A stretch of DNA of 64,000 nt from an uncultured Actinomycetes bacterium. GTDB lineage: Bacteria; Actinomycetota; Thermoleophilia; RBG-16-64-13. The DNA lies in NCBI GenBank assembly GCA_963841735.1, contig CAWJDT010000004.1:192001-256000 (forward strand), in the 5' to 3' direction. Made by a program: the position numbers and the translations under genes. Below, one piece after another: positions 60,602-64,000 of the stretch. How positions within the stretch are numbered: the first letter of the stretch is position 1; each line of letters opens with the position of its first letter. Below the pieces are notes generated by a model, which searched no databases, was not told where the DNA came from, and was given only the letters and a program-made list of their open reading frames with translations.

Positions 60602-61249
60602 TTACTCGTGAATGACATCGTTGACAGCAAGCGTGACCGTCTCACTCCCGTGCAGGAAGGTGACCACCCGACTCGACACGTCTATATCCTCCACCTTAAC
60701 CCACCCCCACGTTGTCTCGACAGAGAAGCCCACGACCTTGTCTGTGTATGTCGCGGCATCCACTCTGAAGGTCACCGTGGGTGGCACTCGCCCGTCCGTC
60801 GGTATCGAAACGACAGTCATGGTGTGAGCATAGAGCGACGTTGTAGTAGTAGTCGCCTTGGTGGTGGTGGTGGCCTTGGTCGTGGTGGTTACCGCCTTGG
60901 TCGTTGTCGTGGTGGCCTTGGTCGTAGTGGTGGTCGACGCGTTGGTCGTGGTGGTTACGGGCTTGGTGGTGGTGGTAGGAGCCGGGGTGGTAGTTGTAGG
61001 GATCGCCTGGGGAATGAAAGGATCCTTACTTTTAAACGTCGACAGGTCCTCGTTGGCCACCGATGCTGCCCCTTCTTCCCACACAACCGTAGTCGTGGTG
61101 GTAGCAGGGGCACTCCCCTCGTTCGTCGCGACGCCCGCAGTTGTGACCACTGGCTCTCCACCGCTCCCGAAACAACCAACCAACATGACCGCCAGGCCCA
61201 CAACAAGTAGACCGGCAACTATGGAGGAGCGAAATTCATCTGACTTCAT
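60602..61249 (-). CDS. Pilus-cluster lipoprotein with a Thr-rich repeat linker
   Basis: Lipobox LVGC, KDPF motif, (TTTTKA)n low-complexity tract, beta-rich C-terminus; immediately after pilO. Confidence 0.75.
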   Translation of the reverse strand: MKSDEFRSSIVAGLLVVGLAVMLVGCFGSGGEPVVTTAGVATNEGSAPATTTTTVVWEEGAASVANEDLSTFKSKDPFIPQAIPTTTTPAPTTTTKPVTTTTNASTTTTTKATTTTTKAVTTTTKATTTTKATTTTTSLYAHTMTVVSIPTDGRVPPTVTFRVDAATYTDKVVGFSVETTWGWVKVEDIDVSSRVVTFLHGSETVTLAVNDVIHE

Positions 61250-61299
61250 CCTCAGCTCCTAGGCGCTAAATTTTGAGCCGTTGCGTAAGTGGCTGCCGT

Positions 61300-61926
61300 T
61301 CACGACGCACCATTCGCCCCAGTACTGGCGGGAGGGACCGCCTTTGCAGCCTTCGGCGTCCCGCCGCCGAGTGCGAAGGCGTACACACTGATACTCACCC
61401 TCAACTCGGGACTACTGCCAGCCGACAAACCTGTGTCGCCCCCCAACGCCAAATCGACATTCTTGACGGCTAGAAGTCGGCCCGGACCGGCCACCATCTG
61501 CTCCGCCCTATAGATGAAGTCACTTACGTCGAAGAATGTGCCCGTGAACTCCAGCTGCAGGGGAACGACCTCGAATACACCGGACACTGCCGCTGCAACT
61601 TGACCAGGCGTCACCTGTATGAACTCTATGCCTGACTGATCGGCCAGATCCTGGATCTGCAGCAAGAGGCTGGGCAACTCCGCGTTCATGGGCACCATCT
61701 TGGCCAGTTCGAGCAACCTCATCTGGTTCCTCTTGCCCTCTCCCCTGGTCGCCTCCGCGTGCTTCAGCTGAGTGTTCGCCTGTACGACAAGGGTCTTCTC
61801 TTCTTGTATGGCCTGCTGGGTATCAGCGATATCACCCCGGATCGGGCTCAACACAAGAAACCATATGACCACCGCGAAAAGCACGATGCCTGCGCCCATC
61901 AGCAGGAGCTTGACCTTCTGCGTCAT
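61300..61926 (-). CDS. pilO: Type IV pilus alignment protein PilO
   Basis: TM helix, coiled coil, KMVP...ELPSLL.QIQ.LA..SGI, VPL.L.F.GTF....DF. Confidence 0.88.
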   Translation of the reverse strand: MTQKVKLLLMGAGIVLFAVVIWFLVLSPIRGDIADTQQAIQEEKTLVVQANTQLKHAEATRGEGKRNQMRLLELAKMVPMNAELPSLLLQIQDLADQSGIEFIQVTPGQVAAAVSGVFEVVPLQLEFTGTFFDVSDFIYRAEQMVAGPGRLLAVKNVDLALGGDTGLSAGSSPELRVSISVYAFALGGGTPKAAKAVPPASTGANGAS

Positions 61927-62585
61927 AGCCCCTCCACCTCGACCTGGCTCAGGGGCAAGACGGCGTCTTCATCTGGTGCGCCGTCCACAACCGCCGAGAT
62001 AGAGAACCCCTTTACGTCCTTCGTATCATCAACCGTGCCCCTCGGTTCGCCCGCGGACAACAGGTCGATCCCTGACAACAACTGGACCAGTTGCAGTCGC
62101 ACAAGAAAATCGACCACGCCCTTCATGCCATATGTGTTCCCCTCTAGGGAGAGGCTGCCCCCCGCCGCGGCCGCTGCACCAGAATCCGCTGCACTGGCAC
62201 CCGCGGAAAGCGGGTCCGCGCCTGCAAGACTCATGGTACCGAACCACACGTTATCCGGCACCACCAAGCTGATGTCCCCTAGTATCTGTGCCACCGGAGT
62301 CCTCGCAGCATAAATCTGCTGCACCACGATCTCCGTGTCCTTGCGCTCGCTGGCAAGACGCTCGTATACCTGTAGAGCGTTGACCTGTGCCACCAGCGCG
62401 GCGCGCTCGTCTTGCACGCCTTCGAGTTCACTCTTCCTGTCACTCAGAGAATTGCTGAACAAGTAGTACCCCAGGCCGAGGGCAAACAGCACCACAATGC
62501 CCGATACCACGACCGCCAACATGCCCACATTGGTGCTCGTGCGGGCGCGCTCGCCCCTCGGAACCAGGTTAATGCGCCGGGGCAT
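61923..62585 (-). CDS. pilN: Type IV pilus alignment protein PilN
   Basis: RINLVP PilM-binding motif, TM helix, coiled coil, VPDNVWF. Confidence 0.88.
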   Translation of the reverse strand: MPRRINLVPRGERARTSTNVGMLAVVVSGIVVLFALGLGYYLFSNSLSDRKSELEGVQDERAALVAQVNALQVYERLASERKDTEIVVQQIYAARTPVAQILGDISLVVPDNVWFGTMSLAGADPLSAGASAADSGAAAAAGGSLSLEGNTYGMKGVVDFLVRLQLVQLLSGIDLLSAGEPRGTVDDTKDVKGFSISAVVDGAPDEDAVLPLSQVEVEGL

Positions 62586-62586
62586 C

Positions 62587-63696
62587 CTACTCCTCCTCTG
62601 GAAGGGCAAGGCCCACGGCCACAGACAGGTACGGAGCCATGAATGCCAACTCGGCGTCGTCCATGTTCGAGGCGTTCTCCGCCAACATAAGTAGAGGATT
62701 GCCGATGGTGACCCTCATATCGAGGGCCTCCGACAAGTGATGGTCAAGGTTCTTAACCAGTGCTCCGCGGCCGGATAGTATGAGCTCCGTCAAAGGTGCC
62801 ACCTGTTCTTGGCCCTGGTAATAGTGCAGCGATCGCCGGATCTCCTCACTCAACTCCGATGCGGCCTCTCCCAGTTGTTCTTGAGTGGAGGTGACAACTT
62901 CCTCCGGGTAGAGATCGCCGTCCACAGCTATCGGGCCACGCAGCCCGATACGCTGCGCCAGGCTGTGCGCGTCTGACATGGGGATGCCCCGCTGCTCGCA
63001 CAAGATGCGGGCGAAGCGCTCGCTGGAGAAGTTGATGACCCTCGTGAACTTGACTACGTTGTCCACGGCCACCACAAGAGTGGATACGGACGAGGATATG
63101 TCCGCAATGCCACGGCAAATACCCGTTTCGGAAGCTTCGGCCAAAAAGGAGGCAGGCGGAACAAGGGCTCGTACGAGCGCCATGCTCGATACGTCTATGC
63201 CCGCCACCTTCAGGCCCGCCTGCTTTATCGCCCCGTAGAAAGTGCCTATCATGCCCTTCTGAGCCGCAACAAGAAGTATCTCTTGCCGCGACACCCCCTC
63301 AGCGCTCTCTTTCTTGCCCACGACCAGGAAGTCGAGCACCGCCTCGTCTACGGGAATGGGGATGAAGTCTTGCGCCTGAAACTCGATAGCGCCCCGCAGT
63401 TCATCCTCTGTCATGTCTGGCATGTCCACGTTGCGGACGATGACTTTCTGATTGCTGACAGCCACCTGCACGGTACGACCGCGAAGCTTCGCCTGATAGG
63501 TGAAGGCACGTAGCTCGCGCGCAAAGAGATCTCCATCGACGATCTCCCCGTCAACCACGAGTCCCTCTGACAACGGCCACTCCCAGCAGCCACGCAGCTT
63601 CAGCCGGTCAGCACTACCGGTCACCTCAATGGCGACAAGGCTCGACCCGCCGATATCAAGAGCTATCTGCTTTGCCTGAAAAGGACTCAAGCCCAC
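62587..63696 (-). CDS. pilM: Type IV pilus assembly protein PilM (start GTG 63696 or TTG 63690)
   Basis: ALDIGG, G.VVDGEI.D, IPIPVDEAVLDF, LLVAA, EIRRSL.YY, LSGRGA, VAVGLAL. Confidence 0.93.
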   Translation of the reverse strand: MGLSPFQAKQIALDIGGSSLVAIEVTGSADRLKLRGCWEWPLSEGLVVDGEIVDGDLFARELRAFTYQAKLRGRTVQVAVSNQKVIVRNVDMPDMTEDELRGAIEFQAQDFIPIPVDEAVLDFLVVGKKESAEGVSRQEILLVAAQKGMIGTFYGAIKQAGLKVAGIDVSSMALVRALVPPASFLAEASETGICRGIADISSSVSTLVVAVDNVVKFTRVINFSSERFARILCEQRGIPMSDAHSLAQRIGLRGPIAVDGDLYPEEVVTSTQEQLGEAASELSEEIRRSLHYYQGQEQVAPLTELILSGRGALVKNLDHHLSEALDMRVTIGNPLLMLAENASNMDDAELAFMAPYLSVAVGLALPEEE

Positions 63697-63752
63697 ACCC
63701 TCGTCAGTGACACTTCGGCACCCTTCCGTTCGCCCAACAACCTTCCGAAATA

Positions 63753-63780
63753 CTATCGACCACCAATGCGGCCAACTGTA
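63753..63780 (-). promoter_or_regulatory. Sigma28/WhiG-like promoter upstream of pilM
   Basis: Minus strand TACA-N16-GTCGATAG; shares TACAG-N13-TGGTCGATA exactly with the pilC promoter. Confidence 0.7.
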
Positions 63781-63832
63781 ACACTCGCAACTGACCACTT
63801 ATCTCATTCCAGGTCGAAGGCATTTCCCCTGT

Positions 63833-64000
63833 CTACCGTATGACATTCATATAGGAATCAATTATCAGCGAGCCAAGAAACAGCGCCACTATGGCGCCAA
63901 ACGCGAGAAAGGGGCCGAACGGCACCTTGGTTTTGCGTGAGGCCTTCTTCACCACCATCAGGTACACGCTCACGAGACTCCCCGACAGGAAGCCCAAGAA
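63833..64000 (-). CDS. pilD: Prepilin peptidase, C-terminal part (truncated by window edge; not in the ORF track)
   Basis: Manual translation FLGFLSGSLVSVYLMVVKKASRKTKVPFGPFLAFGAIVALFLGSLIIDSYMNVIR*; PFGPFLA motif; upstream of pilM. Confidence 0.88.
   Translation of the reverse strand, partial: FLGFLSGSLVSVYLMVVKKASRKTKVPFGPFLAFGAIVALFLGSLIIDSYMNVIR

Noticed and set aside
60838-61000. GTG/GTC-rich tandem repeat as a non-coding repeat element
   Set aside because: It is the coding Thr-rich linker of the 60602..61249 lipoprotein

Overview
High-GC chromosomal window whose gene content and synteny fit a deep-branching actinomycete (Thermoleophilia/Rubrobacteria-like; inference). Most of it is housekeeping: aspS end, mnmA, alaS, ruvX, mltG, shikimate/aromatic pathway, der, cmk, scpAB, xerD, pyrG, recN, dxs, nusB, efp. 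Gene orientation converges on a 28-bp XerCD dif site at 13585-13612, so this is probably the replication terminus. A type IV pilus system sits in two blocks (pilBTC on +, pilD-M-N-O on -). Three copies of a sigma28/WhiG-like promoter precede pil genes, and a single-motif c-di-GMP-binding RsiG-like anti-sigma and an MglAB module lie between the blocks. A 7.77-kb phage-satellite-like element is integrated in tRNA-Pro(GGG) with 48-bp att repeats. It carries integrase, repressor, Xis-like protein, AAA Rep with an iteron origin, a phiRv1/phiRv2-type capsid protein and TerS, but no recognisable portal, protease, TerL or tail genes. The most unusual signal is a ~340-nt leader between a perfect TATAAT and the capsid gene: about 12 hairpins, 7 with C-GNAGA-G pentaloops, plus a complementary UCUGC-loop hairpin downstream of the capsid gene. 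A probable 6S RNA follows aspS. Single-base frameshifts in aroE and xerD may be assembly errors. All calls come from reading the sequence and recalled family motifs; no database searches were run.
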